Assembly (NCBI GenBank): GCA_040389185.1
Contig: JAZKAJ010000007.1
Location: 5,127-69,126 of the forward strand
DNA: 64,000 nucleotides
Direction: 5' to 3'
Source of the DNA: Patescibacteria group bacterium
GTDB lineage: Bacteria > Patescibacteriota > Minisyncoccia > Phycocordibacterales > CAIRYW01
Part shown: piece after piece, positions 22,142-32,384 of the stretch
Layout: every line of letters begins with the position of its first letter
Numbering within the stretch: position 1 is the stretch's first letter
The notes under the pieces: model-generated
Databases searched by the model: none
What the model was told of the DNA's origin: nothing
Seen by the model: only the letters and a program-made list of their open reading frames with translations
Made by a program: the position numbers and the translations under genes

Positions 22142-22846
22142 TTAAGCAGAAAGCGTACCCTTTTTGTATGCATCCCTGATTCGAGATACGAAGAATTCAA
22201 TACTTGCCTTTGAAGCATCATTACCTGCAATAGGATAATCAACACCTATAATATCATTGTCAGATGATGAGAGTGTGATTATAGAGACACCCATCTGCTT
22301 TGCTTCAGCAACAGCAATGTGTTCCTTTTTTGCATCTACGATAAAGATCGCATTTGGAAGCTTTTCAACACCTTTCAATCCTTCAAACATTTCAGTCAAA
22401 GTCACGATCTCTCGATCGAACATAAGTCTTTCTTTCTTTGTGTATTTCAAGAGTTCTCCTTTTTCTTTCTTCTGTGTTAGGTCAGCAAGTCTGTGAGTTC
22501 GTTTCTTGATCTCAACAAAGTTAGTCAAAGTTCCTCCGATCCATCGGCTCGCAACGAATGGCATATTAATACTATCTGCGTATGTTCGGATGATGCCCAT
22601 CGCTTCACTTTTACTTGAAACAAAAAGGATTGTTTTCTTAGCCTTACCGAGTTCAGCGACAAATTCTTCTGCTTTTTTGAGCATTTCTTCTGTCTTTTCA
22701 AGGTCAATAACCTCAGTCATATTTTTAACTCCACAAATAAGAGACTTAAATGATGGATGTCGTCGTGATCGCAAAAAACCGAAATGTGCCCCCACCTTGA
22801 CCATTTCCTGGATGTCTTTTGAAAGTGTGTTTGTTTTGTCTGTCAT
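22142..22846 (-). CDS. rpsB: 30S ribosomal protein S2
   Basis: GAHFG, IDLEKT, RWIGGTLTNF, PIAGND. Confidence 0.96.
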   Translation of the reverse strand: MTDKTNTLSKDIQEMVKVGAHFGFLRSRRHPSFKSLICGVKNMTEVIDLEKTEEMLKKAEEFVAELGKAKKTILFVSSKSEAMGIIRTYADSINMPFVASRWIGGTLTNFVEIKKRTHRLADLTQKKEKGELLKYTKKERLMFDREIVTLTEMFEGLKGVEKLPNAIFIVDAKKEHIAVAEAKQMGVSIITLSSSDNDIIGVDYPIAGNDASKASIEFFVSRIRDAYKKGTLSA

Positions 22847-22881
22847 ATTCAAATATATTACCAAAAAGCCTTAAGAAAAGC

Positions 22882-22912
22882 AAATGCACGGTACCTACGG
22901 CACCGTGCATTT
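22882..22912. terminator. Palindrome variant with CTACG loop
   Basis: aaatgcacggtac-ctacg-gcaccgtgcattt. Confidence 0.65.
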
Positions 22913-22950
22913 CCCTATATACCATATACTATACATACGATATACCAATT

Positions 22951-23850
22951 CTACTGTGTTTCCTTGTAGTTTGGCGCCTTAAGACACTGTGTATACATAT
23001 ATGAATCATCAGCAACACCATCAGGTCCTACAAGAACTCCTGCGGTACAAGTGATATTTTCAGATTCACACTGACCCTCAGCAATCAATCGCTGTTTGTA
23101 GAATTTGTGTGCTTCTCCATCTTTTAAGGCAACGCCATCTCTTGTCTCACAATCAAGCCCTGCCTGACAAGCTACCGGGGCCGAAGGAGCACCTACTGCA
23201 GTGAGATTTTGAGATTTACAGAGATAATCTTGTGTCTGACATTTACCCTTATCTGCTCCACTCGCAATCTTTGTTGAGATAGTGGTTGTTTCACCTTCAA
23301 CCAAAAGTCCATTAGCTGATGTACACAACTGGTCACTCGCTGTTACTTTCACTTTACTCCAATCCATCCATCCAACAACATCAGATCCCCAAGCAAATCC
23401 ACTAAACACATTTCCATTCAGCGCTACGCCATAGGCAGGAGCATTGCCGTTACTATTTAGACTGATCCATCCATCCCATCCTCCCCGGTTATCGATCGTT
23501 TTATATATAAGGGGATTCATTACTGATACTGCTCTTGCCCATCCAGTAAGCTTTGTCCCATCTATCTTTGCATTGCCACCGAGTGACGAATTTGGAAAAC
23601 CAGTGAGCCCTCCGAATTTGACCCATCCAATATTTGAAGACCAAGCATAACCTACGAGTGATCCGTCATCTGTGAGCGATACGGTTCCATCGTTAAAAGA
23701 GATCCATCCTACATTTGAAGACCATGAATAACCGATCACTCTTTGAGTACTGTCCACAGCATCCGCTGGATAAGTCCCCACAAGTGCCATAAGAACAATG
23801 GCGACAAACATCACACCCAAATTAAATCGAAGAGTTTTAAGAAACTGCAT
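22951..23850 (-). CDS. Secreted protein with GxAWSSNxGW repeats and Cys-rich C-terminus
   Basis: Signal peptide; repeated GYSWSSNVGWI/GYAWSSNIGWV/GFAWGSDVVGW. Confidence 0.7.
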   Translation of the reverse strand: MQFLKTLRFNLGVMFVAIVLMALVGTYPADAVDSTQRVIGYSWSSNVGWISFNDGTVSLTDDGSLVGYAWSSNIGWVKFGGLTGFPNSSLGGNAKIDGTKLTGWARAVSVMNPLIYKTIDNRGGWDGWISLNSNGNAPAYGVALNGNVFSGFAWGSDVVGWMDWSKVKVTASDQLCTSANGLLVEGETTTISTKIASGADKGKCQTQDYLCKSQNLTAVGAPSAPVACQAGLDCETRDGVALKDGEAHKFYKQRLIAEGQCESENITCTAGVLVGPDGVADDSYMYTQCLKAPNYKETQ

Positions 23851-23941
23851 AAATTATGTAAATAATTATTTAATATAAAATCAATATAAATTATACCACC
23901 TCAAATTTATTATGAACAACTTTTTGTCCCCAGTACCAAAC

Positions 23942-24823
23942 CTAATTCGTTTTTGATCCAAAGTATTTAAGTAGTGCATTAATCCCCAAAATATTTTTAT
24001 CAAACTCAACCGCCTCATGAGTTTTGAGTTCAACCTCAAACGCCGAGATCCCGATCTTTGAAAGCCAATCTGCAGCATCTCCTGTTACCTCGTAACTATC
24101 AAAAGTATCCGATGATGGATATCCTGAAGCTTTTGAATAAAGGTTCATGAGAGTTGAGGCTTGTGGTAGAACACCATTACCACAAGAAGCTCCAAAGACC
24201 CCATTTGCTTGGCTATGCCAAAATACGAGTGCATCTGGCTTTATTTTTTCTGCAAAGTTTTTGAGTGCAATCGATTCTGGTTCAGAAAATGCCGTCTTGC
24301 CGGCACTTACGGTCTGATTTCTCCATTTGCTTTCTGGCTGCCATTTGCAATCAAAGTTTCTATTTAGATCCACCTTGTTTGCATTGAATCGCGCATCTGC
24401 AAGTATATTTGCATCAGTTGAAACATCCGAAGAATCAAATCTACCTTCCTTTCCTGTAACCTTATAAACTCCGTCTGGATTCATTGAAGGAATAATGGTG
24501 ATAGTGACATTCTTCGGAACTCGAGAAAGATCTTTGTCCAAATAATCCATCGCCTGGTACGCAAGCAAGACACTATTCCATTCATACCCTCCATGAATAC
24601 CTCCAACAAAAACCACATGATACTTGCCGGTTCCGTAAGTGTAACTTTCAATTTTTCTTCCTTCGACAGAATTTCCAATACTGTCGATTTTAGGATTCGC
24701 GACAGGTTCTTGTTTCGCTTCTTGTTGAGGAATCACCTTTGTGGGTAAGAAGTAGAAATACAGCAATACCCCTAAGAGAATTAGGAGTATTGCAATGATA
24801 ATGTATTTATATCGATAGAACAT
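23942..24823 (-). CDS. M14 zinc carboxypeptidase (MpaA-like), catalytic residues present
   Basis: GGIHGGYE, NPDG, RFNANKVDLNRNF, FWHS, FEVEL. Confidence 0.85.
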   Translation of the reverse strand: MFYRYKYIIIAILLILLGVLLYFYFLPTKVIPQQEAKQEPVANPKIDSIGNSVEGRKIESYTYGTGKYHVVFVGGIHGGYEWNSVLLAYQAMDYLDKDLSRVPKNVTITIIPSMNPDGVYKVTGKEGRFDSSDVSTDANILADARFNANKVDLNRNFDCKWQPESKWRNQTVSAGKTAFSEPESIALKNFAEKIKPDALVFWHSQANGVFGASCGNGVLPQASTLMNLYSKASGYPSSDTFDSYEVTGDAADWLSKIGISAFEVELKTHEAVEFDKNILGINALLKYFGSKTN

Positions 24824-25743
24824 TACTTAGTGAAGTATTTGAGCACCGCTTCGATTCCTGCTTTGTTTTGCGACCAGTCAGTATCCGTATGATTCTTAAG
24901 AAGCACACTCACTGCTGGAATATTATTCTTCGCAAGCCAATTCATCATGTCTCCTGTGAGTTCATAGTAGTTATAATCTTCATGTGCTGGATATCCTGAT
25001 GCATCAGAAAATACTTTTGTAATATCAGTTGTTTGTTTGAGCACTCCATTATGACAACTTGAAGCATATACTCCACCCGCAGAAGCATACCAGCCAATGA
25101 CAGCGGCAGGCTTATTGCCTATGACGTAGTTTTGTACTGCCACCGACTCTGGCTCTGAAAATGCATTCGCGCCACCGCTCACTGTCTTATCTTGCCATTT
25201 TCCAGAAGCTTGCCAATCACAATCAAAGTTTCGGTTGAGGTCAACATCGTTTGCATTGAATCTTCCAGACACGAGAACGCTCGCCACTTTTGAAACCTGA
25301 GATGCACTGAATCTACCATCAACTCCTGTGACTACATTGAGGCCGTCAGGATTCAATACTGGAATAACAGTCACCTTCACATTTGCCGGAACGATAGCTG
25401 GATTTGCTTTGAGATAATCCATAAGTTGGTAGGCCAAAAGAGACGTATTCCATGCATATCCTCCATGAATACCTCCAACAAAGAGAACTTCAGTTGTACC
25501 TGTTCCAAAATGATATGCAGTAATATCTCGTCCTTCCACTGATTTACCGATTGAAACAACTGGAGCATTCTTTGCATCTGCATCAGCTTTCGCTTTTGCG
25601 TCCGCGGCTGCTTTAGCATCCTGATCAGATGTCGCTGTCGTATCCTCTACTACCACATCCTTCGGAGATGCATTCTTAGTTACAAAATAAATACAAACAC
25701 CTAAAATAATAATGACTACCAGGGCAATAATTGTTTTTTTCAT
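24823..25743 (-). CDS. M14 carboxypeptidase paralog, probably inactive
   Basis: GGIHGGYA, DLNRNF retained; GWYA and VSVLL replace His and Glu. Confidence 0.8.
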   Translation of the reverse strand: MKKTIIALVVIIILGVCIYFVTKNASPKDVVVEDTTATSDQDAKAAADAKAKADADAKNAPVVSIGKSVEGRDITAYHFGTGTTEVLFVGGIHGGYAWNTSLLAYQLMDYLKANPAIVPANVKVTVIPVLNPDGLNVVTGVDGRFSASQVSKVASVLVSGRFNANDVDLNRNFDCDWQASGKWQDKTVSGGANAFSEPESVAVQNYVIGNKPAAVIGWYASAGGVYASSCHNGVLKQTTDITKVFSDASGYPAHEDYNYYELTGDMMNWLAKNNIPAVSVLLKNHTDTDWSQNKAGIEAVLKYFTK

Positions 25744-25836
25744 ATACTTCTATTTTAGCACAGATCACAACTTTAAAGTCAAACGGACAGAAATAAGTCT
25801 TATAAAATAAGCTTAAAATATGTGGATATCCCCCTC

Positions 25837-26583
25837 TTATCTGCAGTCTTTATACACTTTTGTTGCCGGCTTCGATAAAAACGCTTCCGATAAGAAGTTT
25901 TTCATATAGAGAAGACCTGTTACAGTAAATCCCTGCTTTTCAAACCTCCTACCTGACGTGAGAATTGTAAAATTTGGTATAAATAAAACTCTTCCAAATT
26001 TGCTCGCTCTCCGTGCGATATTTGTATCCTCACCATAAAATGAAATACGAGTATCAAATCCTTCCATTTTATCGAGTACTGATCTTCGTATGGCAAAATT
26101 TCCGCCCACCACCATATATCCAACAAGATAATACATAGGCAACGCGACCAAATACCAATAAAAATATTTAATTAAAAATTGTTTTAGCTTTGAAATATCA
26201 AAATAAATATATGGCCCGCTTACACAGACAATATCATCCCTCTTTTTAAAAATATTTTGGATCTTTTCGTACCATCCATGAGGCATCAAAGTATCTGCAT
26301 CAATGTTTGCAATGATCTCGCCTTTTGATTCTATATACCCTCGCTGTCTTGCCATCGTGAGTCCTTTGTTTTCTTCTCGTACAACCCTAACACCATGAGC
26401 AGTAAATCCTCTAGCAATCTCTCCAGTCCGATCTTTACTTGCATTATCGATGACTATTATCTCAAAGAATTTTGCACCTGAATCGATAACCGCTTGTAGA
26501 CATTTGCCTATATACTTTTCCTCATTATACGCAGGAATGACAAGACTTACCCTTAGATTATTTGAAATTTTATTTTGATCCAT
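25837..26583 (-). CDS. GT2 glycosyltransferase
   Basis: IPAYNEE, DNAS.D, DAD, GED, TSGRRF. Confidence 0.9.
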   Translation of the reverse strand: MDQNKISNNLRVSLVIPAYNEEKYIGKCLQAVIDSGAKFFEIIVIDNASKDRTGEIARGFTAHGVRVVREENKGLTMARQRGYIESKGEIIANIDADTLMPHGWYEKIQNIFKKRDDIVCVSGPYIYFDISKLKQFLIKYFYWYLVALPMYYLVGYMVVGGNFAIRRSVLDKMEGFDTRISFYGEDTNIARRASKFGRVLFIPNFTILTSGRRFEKQGFTVTGLLYMKNFLSEAFLSKPATKVYKDCR

Positions 26584-26640
26584 TGTGTTCTGAATTTAAT
26601 TTGCATTTATACTATATACCATATACTACACACATTCCTC

Positions 26641-27363
26641 TTATCTCACGGCTTCCCACTCTTCTGAAGTAGGTTTTTTAAACCATGCAAAAGCAATTAC
26701 ATCCCTTATCCATATATAAAGAAGCTTCAGCCAGCCATATTTTCGTGATCTTCGGCCAGAGTGATAGACAACAAGACGTCCATCATATCTGGTTTTACCA
26801 CATACTTTTGCAAGCCTTTGAAATATATCGGCGTCCTCACGACTCACAAGTGACTCATTATATCCACCCACTTTTTCAAAATCTTTTCGGCGGATCATTT
26901 GAAATTTACCAGACGCCTCACCAGTATGAAAAATATTATTTTTAACAAGATGCACAAAATTGAACAAAAGGTACATAATCCTATCAGAAAATGTTTCGAG
27001 ATCTTTGACCACTCGAAGCTGTCCTGTCAGTGCTACCAGATCCTTTTCATTTTCAAATCTTTTTAATGCATACCCGAAGAAATTATCAGGGCTTTGTATG
27101 GTAACATCAGCATCAAAAAAAACAATAATTGAGGCGTCGCTTTTTGATGCTCCATCGTTTCTGTTCGCACCAATAGTTTTATGTTTGTGTTCGGGCTGAA
27201 GTACAATATCTGCATATTGCTTTGCCACCACAACGGTTCCGTCTGTACTTTTATCATCAGAAACGATTACAAGATGTGGAATTGTAAGCTCGCTTTTAAG
27301 AACAGATAAAATGCCTCCAATATATTTTTCTTCATTATATGTAGGTATAATAATGTCGATCAT
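26641..27363 (-). CDS. GT2 glycosyltransferase
   Basis: IIPTYNEE, DDKSTD, DAD, RED, HSGRR. Confidence 0.9.
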   Translation of the reverse strand: MIDIIIPTYNEEKYIGGILSVLKSELTIPHLVIVSDDKSTDGTVVVAKQYADIVLQPEHKHKTIGANRNDGASKSDASIIVFFDADVTIQSPDNFFGYALKRFENEKDLVALTGQLRVVKDLETFSDRIMYLLFNFVHLVKNNIFHTGEASGKFQMIRRKDFEKVGGYNESLVSREDADIFQRLAKVCGKTRYDGRLVVYHSGRRSRKYGWLKLLYIWIRDVIAFAWFKKPTSEEWEAVR

Positions 27364-27364
27364 A

Positions 27365-27952
27365 TTATTTAATCTTGTTTTGTAAGTATCTTCTAAATCC
27401 GAGGAAAGCAACAATTACAAGAATACCAAATGCAATGATCGATACTTTGCCAAACACTGAGTCGATTGTAAGATACAGATTACTAAAATAATATCCTACC
27501 CCGAGAAGCATTCCGGTCCATACAAGCTGAGCAAAACCATTTACGAACATATAAAATCCAAAAGGGATTCTGACCATTCCAGCAGTAAAAAGTGTTACGA
27601 GAGCAAAGCCAAATCCATTGCTTATTTTTGAAATAAATAGTATAGGTTTTTTGTATTTATGAAAGATTTGTGTTACTTTCTCCACCCTTTCTTCTGTAAT
27701 ACTAAAATATTCACCATATCTTTTTACAAACTTATGACCAAATCTAAATCCAAGATAGTACCAGAGAGCATCACCTATCAAATCCCCGATCATAAGTGAC
27801 ACATATACAGGTACAACGAATAAATGTCCAAGCCTCAAAAGTACCCCGCAAATAAGTGACAAAAAAGGTCCCTCAAGAAATCCTAATATAATAAGGATCG
27901 AGTAGACGAGATACACATGATTTGTAGATAAATCAATCAAGTAAGCTTCCAT
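27365..27952 (-). CDS. DedA family membrane protein
   Basis: GDLIGDALWYYLG, AGMVRIP, multiple TM. Confidence 0.85.
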   Translation of the reverse strand: MEAYLIDLSTNHVYLVYSILIILGFLEGPFLSLICGVLLRLGHLFVVPVYVSLMIGDLIGDALWYYLGFRFGHKFVKRYGEYFSITEERVEKVTQIFHKYKKPILFISKISNGFGFALVTLFTAGMVRIPFGFYMFVNGFAQLVWTGMLLGVGYYFSNLYLTIDSVFGKVSIIAFGILVIVAFLGFRRYLQNKIK

Positions 27953-27985
27953 TCAGATATTATATCATCGATATGATGTCAGAAA

Positions 27986-28864
27986 CTATCTATTTCTCAA
28001 ACTTCGGAGTTTATCAATAACATCGTTATTGATCGAATCAACATGGATTTGAAGATTGGGAGACGAGATATCGATTCGAGCTTCTTCGAGCGCTTTTTTG
28101 ACCGCTTCAGTTGTTTTAAAATACATATCCATTTCACGAGATGGAGTATCGATCCACACACGAACCAAAAGTTTAACACCTGAGTCGCCAAGTTCATCCA
28201 CCACAACATCTGGAGCAGGATTTTTGAGAATATGTTTCATAAATGAAACCTCTTTGAGAATTGCCATTCTCGCCATAACGATTGATTCACTGTATGAGAT
28301 ATTAACCTTCACAACAACTCTCGTATTGCCATTCGCTGAGTGATCAATAATAACATCACTTATCATTTTTCGATTTGGAATAATCACATATGCATTATCC
28401 TGAGTCTTTATTCGTGTACTACGTATTGTGATCTCCTCGATGCATCCATATCTACTTTCATGGGTAATATAATCCCCGACACGAAATGGTCTATCAAGAA
28501 AAATAAAGAACCCTGCAATAATATTTGAGAGCACATCTTGAGATGCAAAACCAATGGCAAGCCCCACTACTCCGATACCAGCAAGCGCAGCGGCCACATT
28601 TATACCGAGCTGCCCTATCATCATCACAAGGGTAAAGATAGAAATTAATACTTTGAAAATACCATCAATAATTTTGATCAAGCCACTTTCAATACCGCTT
28701 TTTTCAAGTATTGCTTTAAGTGGAGCAGAAAGCACTCGATATACAATATAACCAATAATAAACACCACAAGCGCCCCGACAATATTAGGTATCAGCAAGA
28801 CCAGCCGATCTTTGAGTGTAAAGGGGTCTAGGCTTGTAAACGATGATACATTCAAGTTATCCAT
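27986..28864 (-). CDS. Small-conductance mechanosensitive channel (MscS family)
   Basis: AGIGVVGLAIGFASQD, RPFRVGD, IIPN. Confidence 0.9.
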   Translation of the reverse strand: MDNLNVSSFTSLDPFTLKDRLVLLIPNIVGALVVFIIGYIVYRVLSAPLKAILEKSGIESGLIKIIDGIFKVLISIFTLVMMIGQLGINVAAALAGIGVVGLAIGFASQDVLSNIIAGFFIFLDRPFRVGDYITHESRYGCIEEITIRSTRIKTQDNAYVIIPNRKMISDVIIDHSANGNTRVVVKVNISYSESIVMARMAILKEVSFMKHILKNPAPDVVVDELGDSGVKLLVRVWIDTPSREMDMYFKTTEAVKKALEEARIDISSPNLQIHVDSINNDVIDKLRSLRNR

Positions 28865-28917
28865 ACTACCAATTATACCAAAAAATGAGAGGGTCTGCCC
28901 AGGACCTTGAAATACCT

Positions 28918-29619
28918 TTATTTAGTTAGCTTATCCAAAAACTTAAAAAGTAATTCATTTATTCTCGAATAATCATTCGCCCTTAATTCATCCGCAGTTT
29001 GTATGTATGATTGACCCTTATATTCCTCTAATTCGTGTGCGTTATTTTGTATCATTGCTTCAATCGCATCTGGTGTAAATTCAAAATGACACTGAAATCC
29101 ATAAATCTTTGGAGTATACCGAACAATCTGCCGAGGACAACCTTCACTTGTTGCAAGCACTTTTGATTCAGGGGTAAGTCCTGGCATATCTCCATGCCAA
29201 TGACCAACAATAAATTTTTCTGGAAATTCAGAAAATATTGGATCCTGTTTTCCATCCTCAGTAAGGATAAGTGGAAATACTCCAATCTCTCTGTTTGGAC
29301 TATGATCAAAATGAGCACCGAGTGCTTCTCCAATAAACTGCGCGCCGAGACACACACCGAGAATTATTTTATTTTCCTCAATCGCTTTCTTTATAAATTC
29401 TATTTCTTTCTCAGCATCAAAATGTGGACACTCTTCAAGAGTTGTTGCTGGTGATTGTGGTCCACCCATAATAACCAGAAAATCAAAATTATACTCCGTT
29501 GGGAAAGCATCCCCCTCATAGAGTTTTGTGTAAGTAATTTTATATCCTTTGTTTTGAGCCCATATTTCAATCGCAGCAGGAGATTCAAAACTTTCGTGCA
29601 TTATTATGTGAAGTTTCAT
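28918..29619 (-). CDS. Type 1 glutamine amidotransferase
   Basis: MGGPQS, GVCLGAQ, WHGD, QCHFE. Confidence 0.88.
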   Translation of the reverse strand: MKLHIIMHESFESPAAIEIWAQNKGYKITYTKLYEGDAFPTEYNFDFLVIMGGPQSPATTLEECPHFDAEKEIEFIKKAIEENKIILGVCLGAQFIGEALGAHFDHSPNREIGVFPLILTEDGKQDPIFSEFPEKFIVGHWHGDMPGLTPESKVLATSEGCPRQIVRYTPKIYGFQCHFEFTPDAIEAMIQNNAHELEEYKGQSYIQTADELRANDYSRINELLFKFLDKLTK

Positions 29620-29635
29620 AAATTCAAATTATTAT

Positions 29636-30169
29636 TTAATAAAGCTCAGGATTTTCCAAATGTAAAAGCGCCATTTTGACTGCACTTTTATTGAATGCAG
29701 TTCGATTCATTCTTCCTTTTGTAAGAATACTAATAAGACCTTCATGTTCTCCCAGCTTATCATGTTGAGTGAGCCCTGCGGCTTTCATAGCCTGACTTCC
29801 ATCAAGACCTTTGTTCAAGATTCCATCTATCGCTGCTTTTGGCCATTCGCAAGCTTCGGATAGTCCTAAGTGGATTTGTTTACCATCATATATCGCACAA
29901 ACAGCTACTTCCATATATCCAGATTTTGTTTGAGGTACCGCCATAAGTCCACCCTCAATTCCAAATCCATAATCATTGCCCACATATGCCTGTTTTGCAC
30001 GATCGATTGCACCTGCCACAGTTTCATCAATATTTTTTGGATGTCCAAATTCATCAACCTTCACATCAACCCCTACAACTTCAGCACTCTCAAACATTGG
30101 GTAGTCGAGTAGTAATTCTTGAACGGCATTAACCTTTGTCTTATTTTTTGACCCTACTCCGATTTTCAT
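29636..30169 (-). CDS. yjjX: Non-canonical purine NTP phosphatase (YjjX/DUF84, ITPase/XTPase)
   Basis: VGSKNKTKVNAV, GAIDRA, GIEGG, GLISILT.G...R. Confidence 0.8.
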   Translation of the reverse strand: MKIGVGSKNKTKVNAVQELLLDYPMFESAEVVGVDVKVDEFGHPKNIDETVAGAIDRAKQAYVGNDYGFGIEGGLMAVPQTKSGYMEVAVCAIYDGKQIHLGLSEACEWPKAAIDGILNKGLDGSQAMKAAGLTQHDKLGEHEGLISILTKGRMNRTAFNKSAVKMALLHLENPELY

Positions 30170-30202
30170 ATAAATGTATTATATCAAATAATTGACCTTG
30201 TT

Positions 30203-30772
30203 TTATTTATCAGTTTTTACTTTTCCTGCATTCATCCACATCGGCTTTTTCTTTAGAATTTTTTTGTATATCTTACAATCCTCTGAATGCGCCCCAGGTA
30301 GATATCCAATACTCATCAGAAATTCTCCCACAATCTCACCTCCTGTAAACCGAAAAGTTTTTTTGAATAGCTTTACCCACTCTTCTTTCGACAAAGGATG
30401 TTTTAATTCGAGCCACTTTTGAAATGATTCGGATTCTTTCTGGAGTCTGAGGATTGCTTTAGCATTTTCGATCGCAGCACTGATCTTCAAACGATTACGG
30501 ATAATTCCAGGGTTCTCCATGAGTCGCATAAAATCCTTGTCGCCGTATTTTGCTACTTTTCTTATATCAAAACCACTGTAAGCTTTTCGAAATGAATCCT
30601 GCTTTTTGAGAATTGTCTCCCAACTGAGTCCTGCTTGATTAATCTCGAGTATCAATCGTCCAAAGAGTTCATTGTCATCCTTAATTGGAAATCCGTAATA
30701 TAAATCATGATATGTCTTATGCAGATTTTTCCGAGGCTCCGCCATACCATCAATTGCTTTACAGTAAGACAT
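30203..30772 (-). CDS. tag: DNA-3-methyladenine glycosylase I
   Basis: YHD..YG, EINQAGLSWETIL, IIRNRLKI, HSEDC. Confidence 0.9.
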   Translation of the reverse strand: MSYCKAIDGMAEPRKNLHKTYHDLYYGFPIKDDNELFGRLILEINQAGLSWETILKKQDSFRKAYSGFDIRKVAKYGDKDFMRLMENPGIIRNRLKISAAIENAKAILRLQKESESFQKWLELKHPLSKEEWVKLFKKTFRFTGGEIVGEFLMSIGYLPGAHSEDCKIYKKILKKKPMWMNAGKVKTDK

Positions 30773-30789
30773 TTTAGTTTGTACTGAGA

Positions 30790-31200
30790 TTACTTTGAAA
30801 CGCAGTTTTTGTAATCAAGATCCATTGCGTTTCCTCGCATTATGATTGCCTCATTTCCTTTGTTCCAGAAAACAAATGATTCATCACTATTTACATATCG
30901 AACACCACTTCCAGAGATTGTTTGTTTGAGTGTGATTGCATCTGCAGCATTCAAAGACACATCAACACTTCCAGTTGGTACCGGCATCTCGCCAGGCTTA
31001 ACATCCACAACTTCCCCTTCATGATATGCAGCCACAACCGTATTACCACTATCACAAGTATAAATGACAGTATCTTTTGATACTTGTTTTGAGTTTGAAG
31101 TGGTCGGCACAGAGACTTCAGTATTTTTGCTTTCTTCAACAACCCAAAATAGAGCAACAAGAATAAATAAAGCGAGAATAATAAGTATATTTTTTTTCAT
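30790..31200 (-). CDS. MliC-family lysozyme-inhibitor-like protein
   Basis: YTC, ISGSGVRY, FWNKG, C-terminal Cys. Confidence 0.75.
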   Translation of the reverse strand: MKKNILIILALFILVALFWVVEESKNTEVSVPTTSNSKQVSKDTVIYTCDSGNTVVAAYHEGEVVDVKPGEMPVPTGSVDVSLNAADAITLKQTISGSGVRYVNSDESFVFWNKGNEAIIMRGNAMDLDYKNCVSK

Positions 31201-31324
31201 ATAGTGTTTTAAATTTAAGATAATAACATAGTTTTTTTCGTGTACTTTTAAATTTTACTTTAAAGTGAGGTTTATTTATACTTCAAGATTACTCAAAAAA
31301 GTAGAATCTATATTCTCTACAAAA

Positions 31325-31395
31325 CTGGGAGACTTGGACTCGAACCAAGATAATATCCTCCAGAGGGATATGTCCTACCATTAGACGATCTCCCA
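31325..31395 (-). tRNA. tRNA-Gln(CTG), no encoded CCA
   Basis: TGGGAGA..TATCC-CTCTGGA-GGATA..TTCGAGT..TCTCCCAG. Confidence 0.93.
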
Positions 31396-31673
31396 GTTTT
31401 AAAGACAATGCATATTTATAATTTCAAAGTTTATTGGACCCTCTCCTTACAGGAGCAGTAGACCTTTTAGATAAAATCTCACTTACACTCGATTGTATCT
31501 CAAAAGCTTCTTCCATTGGGTCCCTTACCCAATGGAAGCCCCAAAACATCTCCAAGGGGATGTGTACTATCATTATACGATCTCGCAAAATTAACTTACA
31601 TACATTACCTTTTTTTCAGCCAAAAATCAAAATTTTGAAATATTTAGATTTTATGTAATATTTATGAAAGATT

Positions 31674-31982
31674 ATGAATCACAAATCCCCCCTGATGAAT
31701 ATTACCGCTCTCTTGATCGTAAATACACTACTTGGACACGGTCAATGCATCCGAGCTGGCACCACTCTCATGCAACCTATTCCTCGTCCGACAGGAAGAA
31801 GGGGTGAGGATCTGGATGACTGGATGTCTGAGTCTGAACAGCCACAACTCGAATTTGAAGCCTACAAATTCAAAACAGGTCTTGAACCTATCAGTTCTTT
31901 GTTTGAAGACAAAACACCAAGTCCTTTTGCTTGCCCGGCAAAAACCCATAAAGGCAATAAACTTCACCGACCCACATACTAG
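31674..31982 (+). CDS. Hypothetical orphan protein
   Basis: ORF with hairpin+T6 at the stop. Confidence 0.4.
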   Translation: MNHKSPLMNITALLIVNTLLGHGQCIRAGTTLMQPIPRPTGRRGEDLDDWMSESEQPQLEFEAYKFKTGLEPISSLFEDKTPSPFACPAKTHKGNKLHRPTY

Positions 31983-32051
31983 TGGACGGTTTTTTATTGT
32001 CAAAAAATAAATTGACAAATATGATTAGTAATGTTATTTTGATGGTCGCCC

Positions 32052-32274
32052 ATGAGCACACCATACCTCCGCCGAAACCCTGGCCCTTGTTGTTCAATAC
32101 CTCTACGAGACCGATCCTGATTTCGAAAAGGCAATGGACAAGGTTCTCTTTCCGGAAGAGCCCTCAAAAAATAAGAAGCCAATAGACAAGAAAAAACCCA
32201 AAAAGAGCAAATTTACTCTCAAGTGCCTGGTCAAAAAACAGGCAAAAATGAAGGTTAAGCGGCGGCGCAAGTAG
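32052..32274 (+). pseudogene. Apparently frameshifted Lys-rich orphan
   Basis: Promoter TTGACA-N17-TATTTT precedes ATG 32052; long protein-like frame 32056-32274 is +1 relative to it. Confidence 0.4.
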
Positions 32275-32340
32275 AGCTGATCTAATCAGCAAAACCACGG
32301 AGGGAAGTCACAAGCCTTCCCTCCTTTTTAATTTCAAACA

Positions 32341-32373
32341 AAAATGCATCGCGGCTACGCCGCGATGCATTTT
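32341..32373. repeat. REP-like palindrome / terminator
   Basis: aaaatgcatcgcggc-tac-gccgcgatgcatttt. Confidence 0.85.
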
Positions 32374-32384
32374 GAATTTATTTT

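Noticed and set aside
32053-32055. UGA-to-Gly recoding (code 25)
   Set aside because: TGA terminates guaA and the EVE gene at expected ends and no conserved gene has internal TGA
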